Assembly (NCBI GenBank): GCA_977016875.1
Contig: CDRNST010000031.1
Span: 806,001 to 870,000 of the forward strand
Length of the DNA: 64,000 nucleotides
Source of the DNA: Pavona decussata
Lineage: Eukaryota
Direction of reading: 5' to 3'
Shown in pieces: positions 14,801 to 26,800 of this stretch. Under the pieces are notes generated by a model, which saw only the letters and a list, made by a program, of their open reading frames with translations, did no database searches and was not told the origin of the DNA. The position numbers and the translations under genes were made by a program. The first letter of the stretch is position 1. Each line of letters opens with the position of its first letter.

Positions 14801-17800
14801 TTGTGGTCTGGTCGTTGTGCGTATATTATCATGGTTGGGTGGGAAAATGCTCGGAGATATTGGCTGCATTAAGCTACTCTACAATCCGAGGGTAAATAAA
14901 GATTGATGATGATGATGATGAAGGATTCTCTGTTTGCTTACACATGAATAAGGCATAAGAATGTAAATTTTAGAAACATATCTGCTTTGGGAGGTCATAT
15001 TTCGCGGGACCTTATTGGAGTCACGTGGTACCCACTACAAATGGGTATGGTTCTGACAAGACCAACCTTCCATTTTATCTCTTTTTAACTTTCGGAGCTT
15101 AGATATTATCACTTTTCTTTCTTCACCAGCACCCAATGACCTTTCGACACTGCTGATCACGACTTGCGTCAACCAACTTTCTGGCTTAACTGACTTAAAA
15201 TCAACACAGGCTACTGAATGAGATAACTAGCCTACCTTTCCCACGTCTGGCCTCAAGAATTGTTCAACACTTGGCAATTGACCGCTTGAGCTTTCGATGA
15301 AGGATTCAAGTGTTTCGAGGCTTTCTAGATCATCCAAAGGCAGCGTGCTATTATTTAATAAACCCACTGCCAATACTCCCACACGGGTATTGTTTGTACC
15401 CATGACGAATCTATCGATTATGGATTTGATGAAGTTCATCTTCTCTGATATGTGTCCTCCAGCAACGACAAACAGCAGGTCAACAGAGTTGTTACAAACT
15501 AAAACAGTCAAAATTTTGTTAAGTGAGGGAAATGTACCATACACAAGCGTTTTTACCGTAAACTGCCGCTTATAAGCGCCCCCCCCCCCCGGTTGTAGGC
15601 CCATCCACCTGTAGACCAAAAAATTCATCCGATTAAGCCCCCCCCCCCCGATAAAAGCCCCCCTCTACTTTCGTTCGTGTTGTTACTTTTAATTTTGTTC
15701 CAAATATTGACGTTTTAAAGCTTAATTAAAAAGCAGTAAATAAAAAACGTATATCGATTGACACTGCTATAGCTCGTTTCGAAACTTTTTTTATTCCAAT
15801 TTTAACCCCCTCCCCCCGCCCCCCGCGGATATAATCCCCTCCGTTTATAAGCCCATCTAAAACCTCTTACGAAGTTCTGATTTACTGGGTTTGCAGCTGT
15901 TTTACAAGCGTAATTAACATATGAGTGAGCATTCAAATCAAAATGACTGCTTAACAACGTTGATTTAATTTCAACATCATACCTTCACAAACACCACTCT
16001 TTACAGGAGCGAGATTCGTCTTTGTTCTGCACGATTCGGCCATCATGCTGCAGTTATTAGGGTAGGTATTACTGTCGCTTGCACATACAGGACTGTAGGT
16101 TGGAGGACAGTCTTCCCGGCATACACATCCTGCCGTGCCATTGGGGTACCTGACACACTTTCCATTAAAATCACATTCCTTGATCAAGCATGGGTCAGAT
16201 AAAGCTATGACAAAAACATATGACGATAAAGTACAAACGCCAATCACATGCAGTTAGGAAACTGGTTACATTTTAGCAAGGTACTTTAAAGAGAGTATTC
16301 TGAAGGCTAGAGGCCGTTTACAAGGTCAAGAGTTAAAATCCCGTGGATCAAAGACTCAAGATGTCAAGGTCCCAAAGGTGATAACGAAAAGATGCTGACC
16401 CTGGCTAAATGGAGCCCTGTAGTAGCGCCGTGGACACTGAGAGCCCTCAACTTCCTGTCTTGGAGCATTGGAGCCCTAAATATCCTTGGGACCCTGAGAT
16501 GTCTCATCCACGTGACATACTAAGTGCATACTACTTGTATTAATACTACGTTTGTAAGTTGTGCTGACTGTTAAAATCACCTTCATAGGGGAGGTTAGTA
16601 GCCTATTAGACCACTGTTGCATGAAGCAACCAAAAGTGCAACTACTCGCACCCTGGATGGGATACTAGGCTCGTCACATTACGGTAGCTTAGAACCCATT
16701 CAGCACCTGGGTGTAATAACAACTATGGATCTCGTATTAAGAAGAAAGAAAAACGCAAATTGGGATCCCACATTAGCCGAATCCTTATATTCATTCCAGC
16801 AGATTGAAAAGGCCAACATGAGTTTAAATAACTCGGTTGTTATACCATCTGCTTTTGGACCGAAATAAAGACTTCAGAACTAAAGATGACATTGGAAACA
16901 TATTATATGAAGTATAAACTAAGAAAGGTCGTTTTAAAGTGCACCTAACCCCCAAATTGTTTTTCGCTGAAATAAATCTTTGCACCTCTTCGAAACGCAT
17001 GCCTTTTTGCGCCTTTTTTCAACCAAATCTTGACTTTTTATAGGCCGTAAAAGTAAAATCTAGCCATCATCTGTCCCATGACCGAGCTGGTAAGGGGCAT
17101 GGGTCTATTCGTTACATGACGTCACAAACTGCTTTGCATGCATTTTCACAAAGACTTAATACTATGCAAATGAGTTTGTGACGTCAAGTAAGGAATAGAC
17201 CCATGCCCCTACCAGCTCGGCCATGGGACAGATGATGGCTAGATTTCGTAACTTTTACAGCCTATAAAAAGTCAAGATTTGGTTAAAAAAGACGCCAAAT
17301 AGCGCAATATGTTTCGAACAGGTGCAAAGATTTATTTAAGAGAAAAAAATAATTGGGGGGTTAGGTGCACTTTAAATCAACAATATCACTTTTGATGTTT
17401 ACCTAACGCCATCATGGCCCAAATTCGTTTTCCAACACCTTTTGGGTCAGCATCCTTGTCAGTTTTCACGATTTTATCTTTGTCCTTGTCCGGGCTGAAA
17501 GTTGTAAGCTCGTCCGGATCGGCTTCATTTCCAATAACCACAGTAACAAACTTCACCTTGCCGTCCTCGTATTCACTCGCCAAATTGTCAATTTCACCTG
17601 CCGTATTTACTGTCTTACGGTCAATCATGACCACGATTATCTTCCGAGAGTCTGGTCGCGCACCTCCGCTGGGTTTGAAAAACAGTTGCTTTGTAGTTTC
17701 CAGGGCATGAACCACGTCCGGTGATCCGGTAGGCTGTTGCGCTCCCTTTATAAGCGCTATTAGAGTATCTTCGCTGGTTTTTTGTAAAGGAAATATTATG

Positions 17801-20800
17801 TCGGCATTTTGCCCAAAGACTACCATTGCGTAAAGATGCTTTTTGACGCCATGTTCTTCGACGGTGTACTCGATGGTGGACTTTATGAGTTTAAAGTTGT
17901 TATCAGCGGTAATAGCTGTTGCGCTCACTACAAAAGCGATGTCTAACCTAGGGAACTTCGCTGTTTCTGAAATTAAAAAAATTATCATGAGTGACTATCG
18001 AATCAGACAACAGATTGAGGTCTTCCAAAAACTTCCAGTGGACAATTGCTAAAATAAAAAATAAACAAATTAAAAGTTTCTGCTGAATAAAACGTTTCAT
18101 ATGCAGCTAAATTCACAAACGAGATAAATCGCTACAGTAAAAGTTATGTTAAAATTACAATCTTTGTGAACTGCATATTGAAATTGCAAATTTAATAACT
18201 TACTATCCTTTTTCTCATCACATTCTCTATGTATATTGAGAGATAGCTGATACCAAACGAACGTATGTAAGTAATTAGTGCTAGTTATGTTAGTAATAAG
18301 TTTTGATCTCTATCATGTAGTTACCAGCAAGCAACTTGTCCTGTATCTTGTCTGCAATCTTTATCGGATGATCTGTGTCATTTGCCTTTACGACTTCCTC
18401 ATCAGGGAACTCCTTTTCTAGTTCAGAAACCGGTTTGTCGCCAATGGCAACAGGAATGACAACTATAAATTTCTTTATCAAGTCCTTAGCTGCGTTCTCA
18501 ATGGCTGGCTTGTCGCGACCAGTTGTGGCATCCGTGATTACAACAAGAACCTGAATAACAATAGATAACTGCCAATGAGCTTATAAAAATAAACGGAAGC
18601 CCATAAACATCGAGCTTTTATCCCATCACAAAGCTCTAAAACACAAGAAAAGAAGGAGAAAATTNNNNNNNNNNNNNNNNNNNNNNNNNNNNNNNNNNNN
18701 NNNNNNNNNNNNNNNNNNNNNNNNNNNNNNNNNNNNNNNNNNNNNNNNNNNNNNNNNNNNNNNNNNNNNNNNNNNNNNNNNNNNNNNNNNNNNNNNNNNN
18801 NNNNNNNNNNNNNNNNNNNNNNNNNNNNNNNNNNNNNNNNNNNNNNNNNNNNNNNNNNNNNNNNNNNNNNNNNNNNNNNNNNNNNNNNNNNNNNNNNNNN
18901 NNNNNNNNNNNNNNNNNNNNNNNNNNNNNNNNNNNNNNNNNNNNNNNNACAGAAGGAAATAGAAAATTCTGTGGTCGTTCAGCATGTCAAAATGACCAAG
19001 AAATTCTTCAATTCATGCTGTCCGTACAATAACAAATTAAAAAACAGACTGATGTGTCCTTACGAAGAGTATAGAGGCAAACGCTTGGCATCTGACGCCG
19101 TTATCAATAAGAAAACTTGGGTAATTATGGCGCGCTAGAAAATCGACAGAATAGCACGTACCTTTTGTGCATCTTTCCTTGCAGCATCACTTTCAAACAG
19201 ACTCTTGGCCAAAACAAGAGCCTTGTCCAAAGCGGGCTCGTCGTTATTAGGAGGGATAGAGCCAACATACATCTGTAACCTTCTTGGGTCACTGTACTTA
19301 TCTCTGAAGTGGACCTTTATGGAGGCATCCTTGCCAAAGACAATAAGCCCGTATCTGACGTTCTCACTGAAAAATCGCTCCATTACTTCCTTTACAACAT
19401 CCTGGATCAATCCAAAGTTGTTGTCAGTTGGTAATGCACTGATAGCAAAGACGAGGTCCAACTTTGGCACTTTGGGAGTTTCTTAAAGTTAAATAGATGA
19501 ATAGATTGACGGCGTTATAAGTGCGATTTGCAAATTACGTGTGTAAACTACTGTTGTTTTTTGGCTGAAATGTTTCTGAGAGTTTACTGCGACTATGAAG
19601 CATTTGTTGAGCGTTACCTAGGAAACACATGCGATGTGAGCAACAAACAGTGTCTGTTTAATAATTGCTTATGTATTTGCATGGCACTACAGTTCAAAAG
19701 TTGAATAAGGACTTCGATTCTATTATAAAAACACCTCTTTGACCGCTCAGGTATGGAACGCAATTTAGACCACGTGACGCAGAATTACAAAAAAACTGAC
19801 ATTACCTTTTAGAACTTTATTCATGACAGCTTTAGCGAGATCTGTTGGATCGACATCTTTTGGGACATCAACTAGCACATCTTTATACGGTGAAATCTCC
19901 TCTATTTCCTGAGGATCAATTTCATCACCAATGGCGACAGGAATAACCTTTACATCATCAATGTCCAGTTCTTGAGCCTCCTTCTCTATGGTCTTTTTGT
20001 CTCCTGTAGGCGACTTGTCAGCGATCACAACTAGTACCTTCTTAGCATCGCTGCGAGAACTCAATTGGAATATTTGTTTGGCCTCTTGCAGCGCCTTCTC
20101 CATAGCCGGTGGTCCTTGCTCAAGCTGTATGCTATCGATTGTAGTCAACCAATTCTCCAATGCAGAGAAGTTAGCCTGGAAGCTAAGCACTAACTTCGCG
20201 TCGGAACCATAAGTGATTACTGCATAATGTAGGTTACCTACACCGTATTTCTTTATTACAGATTTAACAGTATCTTTGATTTTCTGGAACGTTTCGTCAG
20301 CACTGAGCGCTGTTGCGCTAATAGCGAAACCCAGGTCGATCTTCTCTGTAATAACTGAATCTGAGGAAGAAGAAAACAAGTGACATATCATGATACTATT
20401 ATCTGACTTGGTGACATTAACGGACGCCTCAGGCAACCGATATCGACCCACTGTTGTTGTAATCTAATTCACTTAACCCATGAACAAATGAATGTCACTC
20501 TGAGTGGTCTCCAAATAAGAGACTTGTGTGATTGTTGTCTTTTTAACGTCTCGACCTAAGTCACGTCAAGGTACAGCTACTGCTGATGTCTAATCAAAGT
20601 TAGTTACTGGTTTATTTAACGATTGTAATTTCTGGGTGTTGAGAATTAAGGGTCTGACTTTCCACAATGCAGATCAGGAATCTGCCAACTGAGTCTTAAG
20701 TGGCCTCCCTACCATTAAGCACTGTGTCCACCAACTGTTTCACAACCTCCTCCACACTGCTCTTTTCTTCTGGTTTGATAACTTCCGGTGAAACAGGATC

Positions 20801-23800
20801 AAAGTCATCACCAAGCGCTATGGCAATAACTCGCACACCATCATCCTTCAACTTCTTAGCGGCGAACTGGACATCATCTTCAGTGCTGTCTGACGTTTTG
20901 TCCGTGATAACAACTAGAACCTGACTTGCGTTTGGTCGAGTGTCTTCTGCCAGAGCAAAAAGGTAGCGTGCTTCTTCGAGAGCTTTGTGCAGGTCTGCAT
21001 CCCCAAGACTCTTCTTCACGTTGTTGATCAGTTTTCCAAGTTCCTCTTCAGAGTCGAATACATTGTCGAATCTAATCTTCACATCAGGAGTTTCGCCGAA
21101 CGTTATGAGGCTGTACCTTACACGGAACAAGCCAAACTTATCAACAGTTCCCTTAACGATGTCTTTCATTTTCTCAAAGTTCTTGTCTTGCTCCACAGCT
21201 GTGTTGCTGATGACAAAAGCGAGATCCATTTCTGGTACGAAAATTGTTTCTAAAGCGAGGTCAAGAAAAAAAATACAGTACATTAACAGAATTTAGATTA
21301 AAGACATAACATTAAAGTATTAAGGCGTTTGCTGTTCCTCCGAGCTCCAACCACCCTGGAGGTCAGAGAGTGGTGGGCGCTCACAGGGTTGCTATGGTTA
21401 CCTTCACTGGGTCTGGTCCCTTTGGGAACCAGTTCTCAGACTCATCAATTTTCGATCAGTTCAAATAAGGTAACGACGTTGGTGCAATGTGGATGCACGC
21501 TTGACTAACACTCTGTTCTACCTTTCGTCCATACAACTGTTTTGCAATGTGAACGATAAAATGGTCATTACATAATATAAAGCTCTGTGTAATATATTTT
21601 ATTGTGAAATCTGGTCAAAAATAGCGTTGTTAATGTATGACCTATGGACACACATTAACAAGGAACGTCGGTCAAGAATACCAACTATTAATAAATAAAA
21701 GGAAAAATGGATAAAACACTGAAACAAGTAAGAGAACAGAGAAGTAACATATCAAACACGAGGAAGAGTGTTTCATCAGATATCCAAACACTGAGAAGTA
21801 GGTTGAAATAACGAGGCGTAGCCGAGTTTTTTTAAACGACTTCGAGGTGTTTGGATATCTGATGAAACACATTTTCGAGTGTTTGATATGGCTTCTCAAA
21901 TGATTAATAATTCTTGGAGAAATTCAAGGCTAAAGTTGGCAAAATCTTATGGTGATTAGGATCACATATCCAAACCACGGTCACGGTAGTGATTTTCTTT
22001 GTTTTCTCTTGATGAATTATTAATGAGTTTGAGAGGTAGTAAGCAAGGATTGTGCTGGCAAAGTCTGACGAGCGTGAAACCAATAAACAATGAAACCAAA
22101 ATTCTTATGTTACCCTCTAAAACTTCCGCCATGATGTCCCTAGCTAGTTCCTTGGATGTTGCATTAGATGGTCTCTTGATAACATATTTACTCCGAGTAG
22201 TTATTATCTCTAGTTCGGTGTCATCGACTTCCTCTCCCAAACCAACTGGTATTACTTTGACTTTGGCCATTTCTAGAAGGGAAGCCTTTTCCCGGAGCTC
22301 GCCTTCAGCACTATCAGATTTCTTGTCTGTTATAACGACGAGAACCCTTCTCACTCCGGGTCGTGCATAACGTTCAAATGTTTCCTTCGCCTTTTGCAGT
22401 GTTGTATCCAATGCTGAGCCAGATGCGATGGGCATTGACCCTATGAACGTTTTCAATAGTTCATCGCTTGCAAATTCGTCATTGAACGTGATCTTTACAG
22501 ATGGAGAGGAACCAAAGATGATGAGGCTGTAGTGAATTCTCTCCTTGCCATAGGCATCTACTACCTCACCAATGACATCTTTCATCTTTTGGAAGTTAGC
22601 TTCTGACCGGGCAGCATTGGCGCTGATGGCAAAGGCAAGATCGACTTCCGGGATGATGGGCAAATCTGCATTAAAATAGAACGAAACGTTAAACAAAGTG
22701 TTTCATCTGTCTTCGTAATTTGAAATGAAATGTACACAACTCACTTGAAAAGAACCACACATTGTCAGCTACCGTAAGAACGAATGGAGTTATTGTCTTT
22801 CGCAAAATACGTACGGTGACTGTTCGACGTTTGAGAAGATGGCAACAGACCGATACACCATGAGGTTTCTTAGAAGACGGTAAGTGAAAATAGAGGATGT
22901 GCGAGCACTTAAATGGGTGCGCGAATGAATAAGCGAGTGTTTTCGAAGCTTATAATTCTGAACTCCTCACCTTTCAACACAGTTTCCATAACTACATCTC
23001 CTAGCTTTTCTGGGTCTTCGTATTCATCGGCTTTTATAAGGTTTCCTTTGTTTGGTACAATCTTGATCAGTTCATTAGGATCAGACTCAGTTCCTACAGC
23101 TACGGAAATCACTTTGATTGTTTTATCTTCAAGCGGTTTTGCAGCCTTTTTAAGCATCTCCAGAGCATTCCCAGATTTGCTACCCACAAACACGACCAGA
23201 AATTTCTTAGCTCTGGGTCTTGGCGGTGCGTTTTCAAACAATTCCTCTGCTCTTTTAATGGCCTTTACGACGTCTGGACGGCCACGTGGTCTAGGAATGC
23301 TCAGAACATATTCCATGAGCTTGTCTAAACTGTCAAACTGTTCTCCAAACTCTCTTACAGAGCTTGGTTCAGTTCCAAATGGAAGAATGGAATAGCGGAT
23401 TTGATCATAGTCTTTATGCTTTTCGATGATGCTCTTCACCGCTTCTTGCATTTTCTTAAACGTTTTTTCCCCATCTAAGTCAAAGGTGCTCATGGCAAAG
23501 CATATGTCCATTTCTGGAATACCTGGAGTTTCTAAAAGAAAATAAAAAAAAAAACATAGTCACCATGAACAAAGCTGACAATAATGTCCAGCAAGAAAAT
23601 TGACGAAAGAGAAAGGGTTTTTATTTCTTAGTGTTGTTTTATTGTTGAAAATGTTCTTATATTGCCTCCAATCATCAGATAAAGACATCCGTTATATCAT
23701 TTTACAGACACGCATCGTGAAAAGTGATCGTTTCTCCAAGACACAAGTCACGGAGAGGTTTTTGGAGTATTTTGCAGTAAAGGACATTCGTCCAGCGCTT

Positions 23801-26800
23801 TAACAGTCACTGAAAAACCTCTTCAGATAGGACGGTCGCCCAACCAGTTTTGAGTCTTCAAGCAGAGCCGAAGCTAGTATGAGGCAAGACGAGGTGCTTT
23901 CCTGGTCAAAGATATGGTGTATAAGAAGAGATATGTAGAAGAGGGAAACAAAATTCGGGATCACCATTGACTTGGTACTAGTATCACAAAAAGGCGACCA
24001 TTTTACACTTGACCAACACTGATTTTTTGAACAAATATCCATGAAGAATCATCATCATCATCATCACAACATGGGGTACTTACTTGCTTTCATTATGATC
24101 TCATCTGCAATTTTCTCTGGGTCATCATCCTTGTCAGCTTTGATAACATCGTCATCATCAACGGTAGCGTTTGTAAGTTCTGCGACGTCAGCTTCACTGC
24201 CCAGTGCTACAGGGATGACGCGGATGTTGTTGTTTTCCAAGAGTACAGCGGCCTTTCGAACATCGTCTTCAGTGTTGTCTGATTTCTTATCAATGACGAC
24301 AACCAGCACCTTCTTGGCATCTGGACGAAGATCTAATTTTTTATGAATGAAAAAAAAAAAGGAAAAAAAAGAAAGGAAGATGCATACATACAATTTACCT
24401 GTATGTGGAAAAATCCAACAGTAAGTTAATCATGCCCATGTCTAAACATCTATTTGAAAAATATTTTCATAATTGAGCAAATCCATTGCTTTTACTTCTG
24501 GGTGAAGCAATAAGAATGACTCTTTTGAAGCATAACGGAAGACTAGGAAATTTCTATTTAATTCTCCGTGGCATGACCCCTGAAACATAAAGTACTTTCT
24601 GTGTTCTCTTATTTATAACCAATCTATTCTTTCTTTAAAAGGGACTTTTTTTCTTCTTCTTCTTCTTAAGTCAAATTTTAGCTTCTGTTCTGCTGTCGTC
24701 TCGACTTTCGAGTCAATCATACCATTAAACATTAGTGATAGTGATACACATGCTAAAATATGTAGAATCACTAATGTTGTCCCTATAGAGTGTTTTCATT
24801 CACGTGATTACCGGCCATATTGGTTTACTGAAACAAAAGAAAGTATTTTCATAAAAATAGTGTTCAATTCCCAGAGGTTTAGTTTGGGACACCAACATGG
24901 CCGCCATTTCTTTGTTTTGGGACACCAACATGGCCGCTCTGACGTCATGTGAAAACACTCCATTCGTGGCGTTCTCACACCATACGTGTACCACTAGTAT
25001 TCCGTGACACGTCTTGTTATCACCACCAACCTTGAGCTTCATCAAAGATCCCCTTTGCTCCTTCCATGGCCTTTTCCAGTGATGCACCGCTCGATTGCAT
25101 TCCGCTATTTTCAATTGCACTCTTCAGCCTGTTGACTTCATCAGAGATGAAATTAAACTTGAAATGAACATAAGGTTCCTGGCCGAATGTTAGCAGGCTG
25201 TACTTGAGCTTTTTGATGCCATATTTTTCAATAATGCTGTACATAACCGTTTTTATGTAGGCCATGTTCGCGTCTGATTCAGTTGCAGTGGTGCTGATGG
25301 CAAACAGCAAGTCCATTTCAGGTATGGAAATCCTCTCTGTGATAACAAGAAAAATGACAAAATACTAAACATTTGTTGATTGCAATGTTGTTTCAGAAAA
25401 AAATTGGTTGTACAAACGATTATGGAACCTGGAAGCAGTTGCTTCTACCACCCTAAGCTACTCTGTGTGCAATTAGAGCATTCCATGCACCAATCCACTT
25501 ACCCAGGCCTTATACTGATCTACGTATAGTATAGATGTAATGCACTTAAGAACCTTATCTAACAAAGTAACAAAATAAACATTCGTCTAACGAATAAACA
25601 ATTGTCATCTAGCGAGAAGGGGACCTTTGGGCTATTCACATGCAATGCCTAGAGGGGTAGCTCAATGCGTGACTGCCATGGATATTACAAACCCATCTAG
25701 TTGTAAGAAAGATGGAATTGAACCCCAGGACCTCTTTAACTAGTGAAGAACCCTAACCACTGGGTCACATTCCCCTTTTCTGTAAGTAAGAAAGATTGAT
25801 TGTTCATTGTGTCACGTTGTCTGCTCTCGATCTATATAAGGCGTCTAACGAGCGGTGATTACTGTTGAGCAGAAACAAAATTCTGTGGCATTCAAGAAAT
25901 GATAACCTATATACTAAGAAGATAAGTGCAACATTCATGTCAATGGATGATTTTCAGATTAATGTTACAAATGCCTCCGTGAGCCCATAATTTCAAATTC
26001 AATTAACTCCCACAAAACGCGCTAACTTTGAACTCAAAGTTTATGTAATGTCCATACTTACACTCACAGTGTACGCCTTCCGAAAAGACAAAAATGGCAA
26101 ATTATTAAAGATAAATTAACAACAAACCTTTAAAAACTTGATTCATAATCTTGACTTTGATGTCAGTGGTATCATTGCTTGTGTCAGCGGTCACCAAATT
26201 GCTTTCGACATCCGGGAGTTGTTTTAGTTCCGTTTTGTCAGCTTCTTCACCGAGAGCTACAGGAATAACTATGACGTCATTTTCTTGTAGTGGCTTCACT
26301 GCCTCCTTTATTTCACTGTCAGTGCTGTCAGACTTCTTGTCCGAAATAACTATCAATACTTTTTTAGCATCCGGTCTTCCTTCTCTTGAGAACATGTCCC
26401 ATGACGACTTGACAGCCTTAAGGGAAGACACATAACAATAAACCTGACATACAGCTTCCGAGTAAGATCTCTAGTCAGACAATATAGAACACAAGGAGAG
26501 AGAAAGTAAAAGAAGGAATGCGAGCACGAAACATTTTTTAACTTCAAATCTGCCTTTACTTTTGTCTTTTTCCGAGAACTTGAGTCTCTTTCAAATGCAG
26601 TGTCGCAGCGCTGAAACCCGACGAAGAGTCATTCAAATTCTTGAAAATATTGCTGCACTGTCATTATCTAACCTCTAGACCACGAATATGGAGAACACAA
26701 ACAAGTCAGTATCAACATCAGTATATATTTGACATGAAATTCACATACCTCTGCCAAGTCAGCACTGTCTGTGTCCCGAGGGAATGCATTGATTACGGCC

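Noticed and set aside
18626-18985. ORF containing a run of X
   Set aside because: Artefact of the N gap.
26595-26665. Hammerhead-like ccgacga...gaaa motif between short inverted repeats
   Set aside because: Core mismatch and poor stem II; too degenerate to support.
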